From NCBI GenBank assembly GCA_016699105.1, contig CP064960.1, forward strand, positions 264,727 to 328,726: a DNA stretch of 64,000 nucleotides. Direction: 5' to 3'. Below, piece by piece: positions 28,126 to 38,837 of the stretch. Position 1 is the stretch's first letter. Every line of letters begins with the position of its first letter. The stretch comes from a bacterium (GTDB taxonomy: Bacteria > Patescibacteriota > Saccharimonadia > UBA4664). Below the pieces are notes generated by a model, which was not told where the DNA came from, made no database searches, and saw nothing but the letters and a program-made list of their open reading frames with translations. Made by a program: the position numbers and the translations under genes.

Positions 28126-29260
28126 TTTGGTCTCTTTATCGACCTCGTCTTCTTTTTGTCGATGCCCCAGCGTTTGACATCGTAGGATTTGGATAGATAA
28201 TAGCGCACCGATCGTCGCTGCAAGATGCGAAAACCCTTATATCGATTTTCGGTAAATCTGGAGATTGTCGCTTCTAGACTGTTCCCAGCTGGGTTGGTTT
28301 TGAAGATTTCTTTTAGTTGACCAATATCATTGGCTTCAATGACTTCACCGCTGCCGCTCGTGAATCTGATGGAGCCGGCTGTACTACCACGCTCGATTTT
28401 AATATTGTGAGCTGTCATCAATTTCTGCTCAAATTGATCTTTGACCATATTACCCCAGAGCATCTTGATGATGTTGGAATTGGTATACATGGGATCGGAC
28501 TCGAGCGTGCCATTGAGGCGAGCAAATAAATATCGGTACACAATGATCTTGGTGCGGTGCTCGGCGTAAGCCTGCATTTTTCTTCTTGATATCCAATTAC
28601 ATTGTTCATGAAAGATTCAAGTTTGAGTGGCAAAAAGGCAATGGTAGAGATAACGAGTGCAATCACAATTCCGAGACCACCACCTCCGGCAATAAGCGAT
28701 TTGCGGTGTTTGCTGGCAAAGTCAAACGTGCGGCCAGCGATACGACGGCCGATAGGACCATTGGCAGCGGCGTTAGCATAGGCATTTCTAGCTCCGGCAT
28801 TATTGGCGAATGAGCCTGGTTTTCCAGGTTGGCTGGGCGTGGCGGTAGTGGTGCCACCTGGCGCCGAGCCACCGGATGCTGCAGCATTGGAATCGGTGGC
28901 GCCGGTGTTTTTGGAACTTGGGCTCGTGGAGTTGGCGTTGTTGATCATCTGATTGCCACGATCATCACCATGGACGGCGTCAAGCGGCTCATTTCTGGCT
29001 GAGGGTATTTCATTGGATCGAGACATTTTGGCTGGCTCATTATCGGCAGCGCCATCGTTTGGGGCTGAAGGTTGGACAATGGTTGCCGGCTTCGGAGCTT
29101 GGTTGCCGTCTATGAGCTGAAATTGTGACCGGCGAGCCTTGGCCTCGGAGTTAACGGCACGGTCGGCGGCCTGCTCGCGGACAGCTTGTAGAAATCGACT
29201 GTCTTTCGGCGGCTCATTATTCGGACTTGATCTGAGGCTGCCAGCAGAACGTAATGCCAT
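28053..29260 (-). CDS. membrane-anchored protein (two overlapping ORFs joined by a probable frameshift in a T/A homopolymer near 28578-28590), possibly the N-terminal part of the 860-aa protein
   Basis: ORF 28418..29260 has a Gly/Asn/Ala-rich low-complexity region and the TM segment 'LIAGGGGLGIVIALVISTIAFL'. ORF 28053..28577 continues in another frame. Both frames stay open across the 28053-28125 overlap with the next gene. Confidence 0.35.
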
Positions 29261-29266
29261 CGCGGA

Positions 29267-31155
29267 TTAAGCTCCTTGCTCCGACGGGGCAACTGCTTCA
29301 TCTGGTGCGGGAGTGGCATTAGCTTTGTCAGCAGGGTTGGTACTGATCAAACTGGCTTCAGTCTCGGAAGCTAGAACTCGGATAATGACGTGGTTGAGTC
29401 CAGCAAAGAACAGGCCTTCACCCACTGGGAATTCGGTAAGCCGAGCTTTTTCCTCATTGGTAAGTTTAAACGTTTCACCAATGATATCGACGGCGGACGG
29501 TGCTTGCTTGAGGAGAAGTTGCAAGGAAGAGTTGGCCACTACCGCCCGCCCCATTTTGTTGCTCAGGAAATCCTCAACGTCTTGCGAGATTGTTGTCAGA
29601 CCCAGGAAATATTTACGAGCCCGTTTGGCTAGACTAAACATGAAGGCTGCTGAATCGTCGTATTTCATGAGCTGCCAAGCTTCGTCAACTATTAAGATGC
29701 GCTTGCGGCGATCAGATTTGACTTTATTCCAGATATAATTGAGTACGATATACATGCCAATGGGGCGAAGTTCGTCTTCTAGGTCGCGGATGTTAAAGAC
29801 GAGGAAGGGGTTGTCAATCTCGACGTTTGATTGTTCAGAGAAGATTCCCGAGAATGTACCGGTAGTAAATTTGCGAAGTCGCATGGCCAGATCTGGACCG
29901 TTGCCAGTCATTGACGCTAATGTGTTGTATAGGTCGTTCATGGTTGGCGGGGTGGCATTGTGTGTGAGTGGATCGCGGGTGATACCGGCACGGGCGTAGG
30001 TGTTGATGATAGCAAGGTCGAGATCAGCGTCTTCACTCGGTGTGAGATTGGTCATGCTGGTGGCACCAGTGGAGTTGGAGACAGTGGCACCACCAATCAT
30101 CAGGCGCAAGAGCCCATGGAGCGTGATGATATTAGCCTGGAGGGCATTGTCGGCTTCGTCTTGATCAAAAACGCGTGGTAAATCAAAAGGGTTGATGCGC
30201 GTCTGACTAGCCAGCGATAAGCGTAAGTACGTTCCACCGACAGCTTCACAAAGGGTTTTATACTCGTTTTCTGGGTCGATCACAATGATCTCGATGCCCA
30301 TCATGAGCGAGCGTAAAGCCTCGAGCTTAATTGAGAACGATTTACCAGCTCCGGATTTGGCGAAGACAACCATATTGGCGTTTTCGAGAGAGAAGCGGTC
30401 GAATAAGACGAGACCATTGTTGTGGCGGTTCAGGCCGTAGAGGATGCCTTCGTTGCGACTAAGTTCGGCAGAAGTGAACGGGAAGCTGGTCGACAAGGCA
30501 CCGGTATCCATGTTGCGGGAGATTTGGAGCTGGTCATTCGCGATGGGGCTGGTAGAATTGAAGCCCTGCTCCATTTGCATGGTAGCCGCTTTGGTGTACA
30601 CCAACGATTGGCCGAAGATACCCTCGATCTTGCGATTGAGGTCGGTCATGGCATCGAGCGAGTCGGCGTACATAGTTAGATACATACCAAATCGAAAGAA
30701 GCGCTCTTCTCCGACTTGGAGCTTGTCACGCAACTCCTCAGCATCCTGGAGTGCAGCCTCGAGACCAGGGTCACGTACTTTGCCCTTCTCTTCATTAATG
30801 GCATAAGACGCTTCCATTTGGGTGACTTTTTACGCAGGTTATCGAGGACTACCCGCGACTCAACGGGGTAAATGTAGAGCGAAATGTCGATAATCTCGTC
30901 GAGGTTGATGATGGGCGATAACCAACCGGTGAATACTTGGCGAGGGTAACCGTAGACGTATAGGGTTTTGCAATAGCGTTTGCCGATGCGGACGTAGTTG
31001 GCATCAATTTCGAGAGACGACGGCGCGATGAGATCGCGCATGGTGATGACGCCCTGACGATAGATGAGCTCAGCTTCGCGTTGTTCTAGAGCCTGCTGGT
31101 AGGCAGCCAGAGCCTGGGGGTCGACTTTGGGTTTGGATGGGCCGAATAATCCCAT
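29267..31155 (-). CDS. virB4: VirB4/TrbE/CagE-family T4SS ATPase (main body), interrupted by one frameshift near 30815-30830
   Basis: ORF 30676..31155 gives 'IDANYVRIGKRYCKTLYVYGYPRQVFTGWLSPIINL' (the CagE_TrbE_VirB region). ORF 29267..30817 gives Walker A 'VVFAKSGAGKSF', Walker B 'ILIVDEAWQL' and 'NMDTGALSTSFPFTSAEL'. Confidence 0.8.
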
Positions 31156-31748
31156 TAGAACGGACCTCCTTCGATAGTACTATGGGGCGCGCGGCCATCG
31201 CCTTTGAGGACGACTGGTCCGGTCAGTTGTTCGGCATCAATCAACTTTTGATTGTGGGCGACGTCGGGGTTGTACCAGGTATAGTACAGATCGACGAGTT
31301 CTTGCGTGCCAAGAGCTAAGGCTCTAATACCAATTTGCCCCAAACCGCTGGTGACCAACGCCATACGCTCAGACAACTCTTGCTTGTAGGCTTTGAAATC
31401 CTCTTCGGTGACCGTGATGTCTGCTGGTGTACTGTAGGCATTTTTGAGGTTTTTCACGAGCGCTGGCGTTTTGCCTGAAACAACTCCAGGGAAATATGGC
31501 ACCACAATGTAGATTTGCTTGTCCATAATGTTGACCTCGTCGACCAACGATTTGACGTTGGCGATGTAGTCGTCCATGAGGGCACCTAATAGTTCGTTAG
31601 CTTGCTCGGTGCGCTTGGTCTGCATACGCTCGATGTAGGCCGAAAGGTCAATACGTTCGGAACGGATAACTATTTGAATCGGGAAATGAAGTGAATTGAG
31701 GAAGCTCTGATACGCCATCTCAATGCCTTGTTGTTCCTGGCTACTCAT
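31155..31748 (-). CDS. VirB4 N-terminal domain encoded as a separate ORF (stop/start overlap TAATG with the next piece)
   Basis: 'FPIQIVIRSERIDLSAYIERMQ...IYIVVPYFPG' matches the VirB4 N-terminal 'lqvhvlRrpvdl...ylt' region that normally precedes the 'IEIDxDYxRIG' segment. Confidence 0.5.
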   Translation of the reverse strand: MSSQEQQGIEMAYQSFLNSLHFPIQIVIRSERIDLSAYIERMQTKRTEQANELLGALMDDYIANVKSLVDEVNIMDKQIYIVVPYFPGVVSGKTPALVKNLKNAYSTPADITVTEEDFKAYKQELSERMALVTSGLGQIGIRALALGTQELVDLYYTWYNPDVAHNQKLIDAEQLTGPVVLKGDGRAPHSTIEGGPF

Positions 31749-31877
31749 GAGCTCGAAGTTGATGGCGCTACCGAGGATGACTCCCGAATGGAACCATCGC
31801 GCAAAATTACGACACCGTCCTTAATCTCTGAGATTAAAAGACTTTGCTGTGTACTTTTTCCGGCTTTGCTGGCGGTA

Positions 31878-32702
31878 TTAGCTGGCACTCGTTGCTGTCT
31901 CCACAGTTGCGCCTGCTGTTGGACTCAAGCGGGTAGCTTGGGCGGCAACAGAGGCAATGCTCATTCCCTCACTCTGGGTGGCTAATCGTAGTATATCGTC
32001 TTGGCCTAAAGCTGTCACGCCGCTTATGCTTTTGGCGGGTGTTTCAAAATGCGATGGCTTGGGCAGGTCGGTTCCAGGTACCATATTAGCGACAGCCGAT
32101 TGTCGAACCTGGCTAGCTGATTGTTGGAGCAATACTGATAGATTTTGAGCTAATGGGCTATTCTTGAGGTCGAGCATGTCGGTATGAGGGGCTGTTATGT
32201 TTGACGGTGTGGCATCTGGTTGGACGATACGAGCGGAACTTGGGGTGCTCGGCATGATGAGATGAGTATTGGTGTCGGAGGATTGAGGAATATTCCAGCC
32301 GCGGGAGTCTATAAGCGTGGCTAGTTTTTCTAGTTCACTAATAACCAACTGGGGATTGCGTTGGGTGATTTCAGCCTTAAGTGCGGTTGGTGTTATATGA
32401 AATGTTTCGAGATTTTCTTCTTTGATCCACAGACGTTTGCGGGGTGCGGCAAAGAAACCAACGACTGCAACTAGCAGATGCTCGAAGTCTTGGCCATCGC
32501 GGCGGAAGAACGCTAGCAACAAGAACAAGATTGCCGGCGGTACACCAATGACAATGAACCCGGCAATCAACTGGCGGAAAATGGCAAAAGTAATAATGAT
32601 CCAGCCTAAACCGATCATCATATAGATGAATTGCCGAAACGTCAGCGGGCCTAGGATATGGTCTTCGGCTTCAACATTTTGGGGAACAGTATATTGACCC
32701 AT
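31878..32702 (-). CDS. PrgI/VirB3-like T4SS membrane protein
   Basis: N-terminus 'MGQYTVPQNVEAEDHILGPLTFRQFIYMMIGLGWIIITFAIF' matches the PrgI-family pattern (M.Y..VP...edkI.g.LT.RQ followed by two TM helices). Located directly upstream of virB4. Confidence 0.5.
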   Translation of the reverse strand: MGQYTVPQNVEAEDHILGPLTFRQFIYMMIGLGWIIITFAIFRQLIAGFIVIGVPPAILFLLLAFFRRDGQDFEHLLVAVVGFFAAPRKRLWIKEENLETFHITPTALKAEITQRNPQLVISELEKLATLIDSRGWNIPQSSDTNTHLIMPSTPSSARIVQPDATPSNITAPHTDMLDLKNSPLAQNLSVLLQQSASQVRQSAVANMVPGTDLPKPSHFETPAKSISGVTALGQDDILRLATQSEGMSIASVAAQATRLSPTAGATVETATSAS

Positions 32703-32807
32703 AGACTACTCTGACTGGGGCATAAATATCCCCTCTCATCCTCACAGTTGATATATAAAGCTTACGCTAAATTAGGTTGCGAGGAAGATAGGACGGTGTG
32801 ATGTCTA

Positions 32808-35800
32808 CTAAAGATTATTGTTAGTCTTGTATCCAAGAACAATTTTTTCGAGTGCTTTTCGATGTTGTTCTTCTGCGCCTGGGGTACTTCCAAATTGTGC
32901 CTTGAATCTGTCAAGTACAGCTTGTCGTGGAGTGCCCATACTTTTGCCATCGGCATTAAACAAGAACCTATACATGGCATCGTAGTCCGCAGGAGTCTGC
33001 TTTGGATTTATATTACCTTCAGTCATTATCTGCTTGATGTTGGATACCGATTCGCCGATCATCTTACTTCTCTTGGAGTCAAGATCTGCGAAATCAGGAT
33101 GTGTTGATGGTACTGGAACAGGCGCCAAAGCGAATTCAAACAAATGCTCTTTAGTCTTGTAATCCATGGCAGCAACTTCACCGGCTTTGGCATTTTCAAA
33201 GGCGGCTGCTGGACCCTTGACGATGTCTGGTCGCTTATCAGCATTCACCGTTGAGACGACCCGCTGGAAAAAGCTGTTGGCTGAAAAGTCAGTATCACCA
33301 GCGGCACGGGCGTCGGCTTCCAGATTGGCAGCGATGGTTCGATCGACGCGTACGTTTCCATCGGTACCGAATGTTTCTTTTAGTAATTCACGAACTTTTT
33401 CAGAACCACTGGTTGTCAGTGCTAGTGCTGAAGTGAGAGCCGTAAACTTTGCCCGGTCGCCCGTTTTGAACGCATCAACCGCTTCAGTGTATATTTTATC
33501 TTTATTTCCACTATTGGGTTTTAGGGTGCTTATCGGAACCTCCATACCTGTACTGGGATCCAGGAACATACTGCGTCCAGCTTCAGCCACGAGGCTTTCA
33601 AACTGTCTTTCGCTCGCTGCTTTTCGGGCTGTATCAACTTTTTCGCCATAAGTTTTATCGGTTTGGCTTAATCGAACTTGTTGATCAGCTTCTTTGGCGG
33701 CAAGCGATGCCTCTGAGTCTCGTCGTGCCATTTCGAGCTGAGCGGTAGCTGCTGCTTTTGTCGGTGATTTATATGCCCGTTCTTGAGCGATTAGTGTTCC
33801 TTGAGCAGCAGCTTCAGATCTTTGTCCTGTGTCAATTCCGGCGAGTGTTGCCGAGCCAATGACATCAGCTTGGGCACTATCGGCCAGGCTTGTTAGAATC
33901 TCGGCTTGAGCTTTTTCACGATTAGCTGATGGGTTTCCAGTTGTCATCCCGCGGAGAGCGGCTTCATTATTCAAGTAGTCTTCCATTGCTTGCTCGTCGC
34001 TCACTCCGGGGGCGAATGCTCTAGCTTGAGCAAGTAAGGCAGCTCCGGCAGTAGCTCCGATAGCGGCTGTTACTGACTGGTTTTTGCCAACTGCTTGTCC
34101 GATAGAACCGGCTTGACCCTGCGCTGCCGTCAAATAGGCGCCTTCTGCGCTTGCGTCATGATAGATACGACTTGCATCGGCATCAGACACAGATCCAGGC
34201 AGGTTGGCAGCAATATTTAATTCTGCCTGTCGCTTGATGGCGTCGTCTGATATACCTGCCAGGCTGTGTTCTTCGGCTTTTTCCCGAGTCATGCCGGTAT
34301 TGCTAGCAAGCCGTTGTTGTATATCCTTTTCACGTATTCTTTCAGATTCTTTGGCAATCCTGATTTCCCTTTACCTTTTTCGAAACCGTCAACTTCACCA
34401 CGAGCTTTGGCGATTTGTAATCGAGTGTTGAAGCCAGCTTCGCCCGATCCTTGATAGCAATTTTTTGCTGATATCAGCACGTACATTAGCTCGATCAGCA
34501 GCCGATGCTGTGCTTGGGTCTATGCCGTTTTTAATTAAGACCCTATCTTCTGCTTCGGTTACTTCTTGCAGTCGTTCACCTACGGCCATGTCTTTGGTGA
34601 GTTGATCATTGGTAGCTTTGAAGGTGGCATCGTCAAGTTGCTCGGCGGTTGACGGCCGAGTAGGACTTTGTCCATTGTATCCACGGACAGATCTGACGGC
34701 ACCAGTACGCTGGGCACTGGTTGCAACGGCCGAATCTTCACCGCGCACACCGGCAGCGATTAAGCGATTTTGAGACTTGGTGTCCGCGAAGTGTCGCCAT
34801 TGTTAGCTGCCAAGATATCGTCATTTTCAATCTGATTTCCTTTCTTTTGGCTCATGACTTGACTGCCAATGCTCTCTTGGGCTTCTCGTCTGGCCGCTTG
34901 TTCAACCTCACGATCGGACATGTGGCCTTCAGTTGTACCTGGATGGCTACTCTGTTTCGACGTGCCTGACGCGCCGCCGATAGATTGCCGCGTTGTTGTA
35001 AGGCAGCTGCATCCATGATGGTAGCAGCTGATTCGTCGCGGTGAGTATTGTAGTCGATTTGACCTTGACGAAGTTTACCGCCTTCATCGAGCACGCCTTC
35101 TCGAGCCGAGACGCGAGCATTGGTTTGACGGTACTGCTGAATCCGATTTTTAGCATTATTGCGTTGATCATCGGTGGCTGTCAGGGGATTAATGCCCATG
35201 TGCAATAACTCAGCATCTTCGAGATGCTTCTGGCCGTTAATCCGACCCTCTGTCTTGCCTTTATCGTCACTGAGACTATCGATCTGGCTTTTGCGGGCAT
35301 CTTCGATAAGATCGCCGGTACTAGGCGCGTTGCCATTATATTTCGATTCAGCAGTTCCTGTCCCTGAGCCATAGAGACTGGCAGCGCTTTTGCGACTAGA
35401 TTCCAAGCCTGCTTGATAGCTGCCTTTGGCAAAATTTACCATTTTTCGGGTAGATCTGCGCCTTCGATGGCATCGACGGTTTCCATTAGTCCAGCTCGAT
35501 CAGATCGGCCTTTCGTAATGCCCTGTAGTGCTGCGGTAGTTTCTGCGTCGACGCGTTGCTTGTTGGTTTCACCGGTACGAGTAGCGCCAGCTAGTTTGGA
35601 AGCATTGATAGCACCTTGGGTTTTAAAATGCAGCGCTCGCAGCTTCTTCAAATTTAAGTTTTTCAGGTCATTACCCTTACCGCCGAGAAAGCCGCCATGG
35701 CCAGCTGATTTCATTGCGACACGCTGCCTGAAATTCTTTGATAATTTTCCGCCAAGGCTAGTTGGCTGTTCTCGATCGATTTCTTTGGCGCGTTGGACAG

Positions 35801-36032
35801 CATTGTGCTGTCGATTAGCTCTGCGACTTTCATAAGCTCCAGCCAGTTGGTTGCCGAGCCTTGCCGTACCTTGTTTGTTGAGGAAGTTTTGGGCTTTGTT
35901 AACTCCCTTTTGTGCAGCAGACATAAATGTTCCAGCGCCCTGTGCTGTTCCTGGTACTAAGAAAAGCGGAATATAGAGACCAGCTAGGGCTACAGCTACT
36001 TGAATTGGTTCGCTTAATAGATCTGAGAGCAT
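32808..36032 (-). CDS. large (~1070 aa) N-terminally membrane-anchored, low-complexity/coiled-coil T4SS-associated protein split into four ORFs by about three frame changes
   Basis: Contiguous same-strand ORFs 35436..36032, 34852..35442, 34395..34748 and 32808..34292 abut or overlap. N-terminal TM 'VAVALAGLYIPLFLVPG'. Ala/Gln/Lys/Arg/Thr-rich repeats. No catalytic motifs. Confidence 0.4.
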
Positions 36033-37189
36033 CAGAATCCTCCCGCTACAGCCGAAAATAACCTACCGGCTTCGAAAAGTAATACGATCAAAGGGTACAT
36101 CAGAATGAGTCGGATGAGATTATCGAGCCACTTGCTGAAATACTTGCTAGTGTTGGGCAAAATGTATGTCAATGCCGCGAGCGGACTAATGACGATAAGC
36201 ACAAGAATTAGCACATTACGAAGAATAAGCGTTGCAAATGTTGCTACTAAGCCGATGAGTATGCCAAGTAATATTGGCCACAGCATGCCCGTGTAAGCAG
36301 TAAAGCCAGTGACGCCGAGCAATACTCCACCGCCTGCTGTGTAGACAAGTTCCGATACCGGCGAAGTAAAATCTATCTTTGGATCAGGGATGAGCGGTGC
36401 AGTTATCGCGACGATACCTTGGCCGAGTATATTGCCTAGATCCACCATGAATACGCATATGTACCATGATAGCGGCATGAGGATTGCAGTTGCGATGAGG
36501 CGTGGCAGGGTTTTCTTGATAGTGTAATTGTCATAGCCAATAGCTGTGCCGAAGATGATAACCAGGAACAAGAGTATCAGAACTACACTGGCAACATTTC
36601 GCATGCCGGACCAGATATCATACAGTGGCTTGATGTCAGCGGCATCTTTATCAAGCGGAGCTTGTTGTAGGAGCGGAATAATTACAGTATTACGAATCCA
36701 ATCAATAACACCTAACGACCATTCAATGGTGCCACAGATAAGCCAAGTGAAGCCTTTGCCAGCATTACACTTGACCGGGTCTTCGTTATCGCCGTCTTCG
36801 CCCTCGTCAACGGCGTTGGCTAATCGTCCCGAGACCTCTTGGCTTCCTAGTGTCAAAGAACCAACTTGCTCGCCATCAACAACATATTGACCGCTGGTAC
36901 CATTGGCACTCACGTTTTCAATCGAAATAGATATATTTGCTTCGGGGTCAGTACCGCCAAGGTACTCTTTCTTGGGCTCTGAATTGTCATTTGGATTGGG
37001 AGTAAAGTCTATGGACAGTGTGGGGTCAGTCGCGAATCCGGTACAGCGGATGGTAGTGGTGTTTACCCAAACACAACTCGTTGGTGGGACGTCAACGGCT
37101 TGAGCCGTGCCTGAAAGCACAGTTAAACCAATCATGGGAGCAAATACTGCCCACGCCATCAGCGCAATGAGAGTCCACCTCGACTTCAT
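36032..37189 (-). CDS. VirB6/TrbL-like polytopic T4SS channel protein
   Basis: Start assigned to 'MKSRWTLIALMAWAVFAPMIGLTVLSGTAQA' (signal peptide). The annotated upstream Met at 37447 is less plausible. Extracellular domain, then at least 5 TM helices at the C-terminus. Confidence 0.55.
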   Translation of the reverse strand: MKSRWTLIALMAWAVFAPMIGLTVLSGTAQAVDVPPTSCVWVNTTTIRCTGFATDPTLSIDFTPNPNDNSEPKKEYLGGTDPEANISISIENVSANGTSGQYVVDGEQVGSLTLGSQEVSGRLANAVDEGEDGDNEDPVKCNAGKGFTWLICGTIEWSLGVIDWIRNTVIIPLLQQAPLDKDAADIKPLYDIWSGMRNVASVVLILLFLVIIFGTAIGYDNYTIKKTLPRLIATAILMPLSWYICVFMVDLGNILGQGIVAITAPLIPDPKIDFTSPVSELVYTAGGGVLLGVTGFTAYTGMLWPILLGILIGLVATFATLILRNVLILVLIVISPLAALTYILPNTSKYFSKWLDNLIRLILMYPLIVLLFEAGRLFSAVAGGF

Positions 37190-37220
37190 GTTCAAAATTG
37201 TAACATGAGCGTTTTGACTT

Positions 37221-37598
37221 TTGCTATTGGTGCTTCCTATAATGTGTCTAATGGAAAGACCAGCTGATGCTGCCGCCGGATCGTGCGGTACAACTACCGG
37301 AGGCCTACCTGGATTATGGGATGGGCTCAATTGTGATGGCGCGGGCAACATTGAGTTGGCTGCTGTGTCCGATGTATTTGTGATTGTGGGAAATGTACTC
37401 CGGATTTTGATTGCACTATCAGGTGCGATTGCCGTGATTATGATCATCGTGGCGGCAATTTACTATGTGACGTCTATGGGTGATCCAGGCAGAGTGAAGA
37501 AAGCTAAGGATATGCTGACAAATCTAGTAATTGGCTTAGTGCTTTTGATAGGCGCCTATGCGGTGGTTGATTTTGTGACGAAAGGAATCGCCGGATGA
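37221..37598 (+). CDS. VirB2/TrbC-like pilin paralog 1
   Basis: Two hydrophobic helices separated by 'SMGDPGRVKKAKDM'; 125 aa; first of four tandem paralogs. Confidence 0.5.
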   Translation: MLLVLPIMCLMERPADAAAGSCGTTTGGLPGLWDGLNCDGAGNIELAAVSDVFVIVGNVLRILIALSGAIAVIMIIVAAIYYVTSMGDPGRVKKAKDMLTNLVIGLVLLIGAYAVVDFVTKGIAG

Positions 37599-37912
37599 AT
37601 TTTGATTGGCTTGTAGCCACGTCCGTATCGGCGGAAGAAATTGGGTTGCCCAATGATGTAGGCACCATCGGTGATGGTTTGAGTAATGTCATATTGCTCT
37701 TGATGGGGCTCATTGGTGGCTTGGCACTCATTGCTCTCATATATGGGGGCGTTCAGTTTACCCTATCGGCCGGTGATCCGGGCCAGACGAAACAAGCTAA
37801 AAATACAATTCTATACGCTGTCGTAGGAATAGTACTGGCAGCTTCGGCTTATATGCTGGTGTGGTTTATAACGCATAATATTGGTGACGGGTTCGATTTC
37901 TTTTCGGGCTAA
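37595..37912 (+). CDS. VirB2/TrbC-like pilin paralog 2
   Basis: 'LIGGLALIALIYGGVQFTLSAGDPGQTKQAKNTILYAVVGIVLAASAYML'. Confidence 0.5.
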   Translation: MNFDWLVATSVSAEEIGLPNDVGTIGDGLSNVILLLMGLIGGLALIALIYGGVQFTLSAGDPGQTKQAKNTILYAVVGIVLAASAYMLVWFITHNIGDGFDFFSG

Positions 37913-37936
37913 CACCGCAATTAAGGAGTAAGGTAC

Positions 37937-38266
37937 ATGGAACAAAGTTTTCAACTCATGTTAGCGAGCGCTTCAGACGTCATTGGTCAGAGTGCGCAAA
38001 ACGCGTGTGGCACATCGTGTAATACCAATCTGTCGGTGACGGCTATTTTGGCGAATATTGCCAACGTTTTGGTGTTTATTGTCGGTTCGGTGTCGGTGAT
38101 TATGATTATCATTGGTGGTTTGCGCTATGTATTGTCGCAGGGTGATACTGGCGCGGTCAGTAAGGCCAAAAATACGATATTGTACTCGGTCGTTGGGGTT
38201 GTGGTAGCTGTAATCGCGTATGCCATTATTCAATTCGTGACAGACATACTCTCAAAAACGGGTTAG
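37937..38266 (+). CDS. VirB2/TrbC-like pilin paralog 3
   Basis: 'VFIVGSVSVIMIIIGGLRYVLSQGDTGAVSKAKNTILYSVVGVVVAVIAYAI'. Confidence 0.55.
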   Translation: MEQSFQLMLASASDVIGQSAQNACGTSCNTNLSVTAILANIANVLVFIVGSVSVIMIIIGGLRYVLSQGDTGAVSKAKNTILYSVVGVVVAVIAYAIIQFVTDILSKTG

Positions 38267-38344
38267 TTTGCGCTTACGCTTAGGCTTATGCTACGCTAAT
38301 TGCAACTTGGAATATCATAAAGGTAGTAAGGAGACAACCTGTCG

Positions 38345-38788
38345 ATGAGTATTATGTCATTAACCCAGAAAACAGCGGTGTCGCTGCAGGCACTAGCCCT
38401 AGTCTTCGGGTTTGGGTTCGGTACAGTAGCGGCCGCGGTAGCGTTGAGCGCTCCGGCACAAGCAGCCTGTTCCGATGGCTTTGATTCGGCGGACCCACTC
38501 AACTCGGGTGCTAGTTGTGCCAAGGCTAACGGTACCAGCAACAATTTGTTCGCTGAAGGCGGCGTGTTCCAAACCGTTGCCAACACCTTGGTGTTCTTGG
38601 TAGGTGCCGTTTCGGTCATCTTCCTGATCATCGGTGGTTTGCGCTATGTCATCTCCCAAGGTGAAAAGAGCAACGTTGAGCAAGCTAAAAACACCATCCT
38701 CTACGCAGTTATTGGTATTGTGGTGGCCGTCATATCCTTTGCTTTGGTGCAGTTCGTGATCAGCGCCTTGGCCAAGAGTAGCGCCTAA
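38345..38788 (+). CDS. VirB2/TrbC-like pilin paralog 4
   Basis: Signal-like N-terminus, Cys-containing mature N-terminus, 'VFLVGAVSVIFLIIGGLRYVISQGEKSNVEQAKNTILYAVIGIVVAVISFAL'. Confidence 0.55.
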   Translation: MSIMSLTQKTAVSLQALALVFGFGFGTVAAAVALSAPAQAACSDGFDSADPLNSGASCAKANGTSNNLFAEGGVFQTVANTLVFLVGAVSVIFLIIGGLRYVISQGEKSNVEQAKNTILYAVIGIVVAVISFALVQFVISALAKSSA

Positions 38789-38815
38789 TTTAAGCCAATC
38801 GTTCGTACTAAAAAA

Positions 38816-38837
38816 CCCCGGGAAACCGGGGCTTTTT
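38816..38837. terminator. bidirectional rho-independent terminator
   Basis: 'aaaaaa-CCCCGG-gaaa-CCGGGG-cttttt' between the convergent pilin gene (+) and hsp20 (-). Confidence 0.6.
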
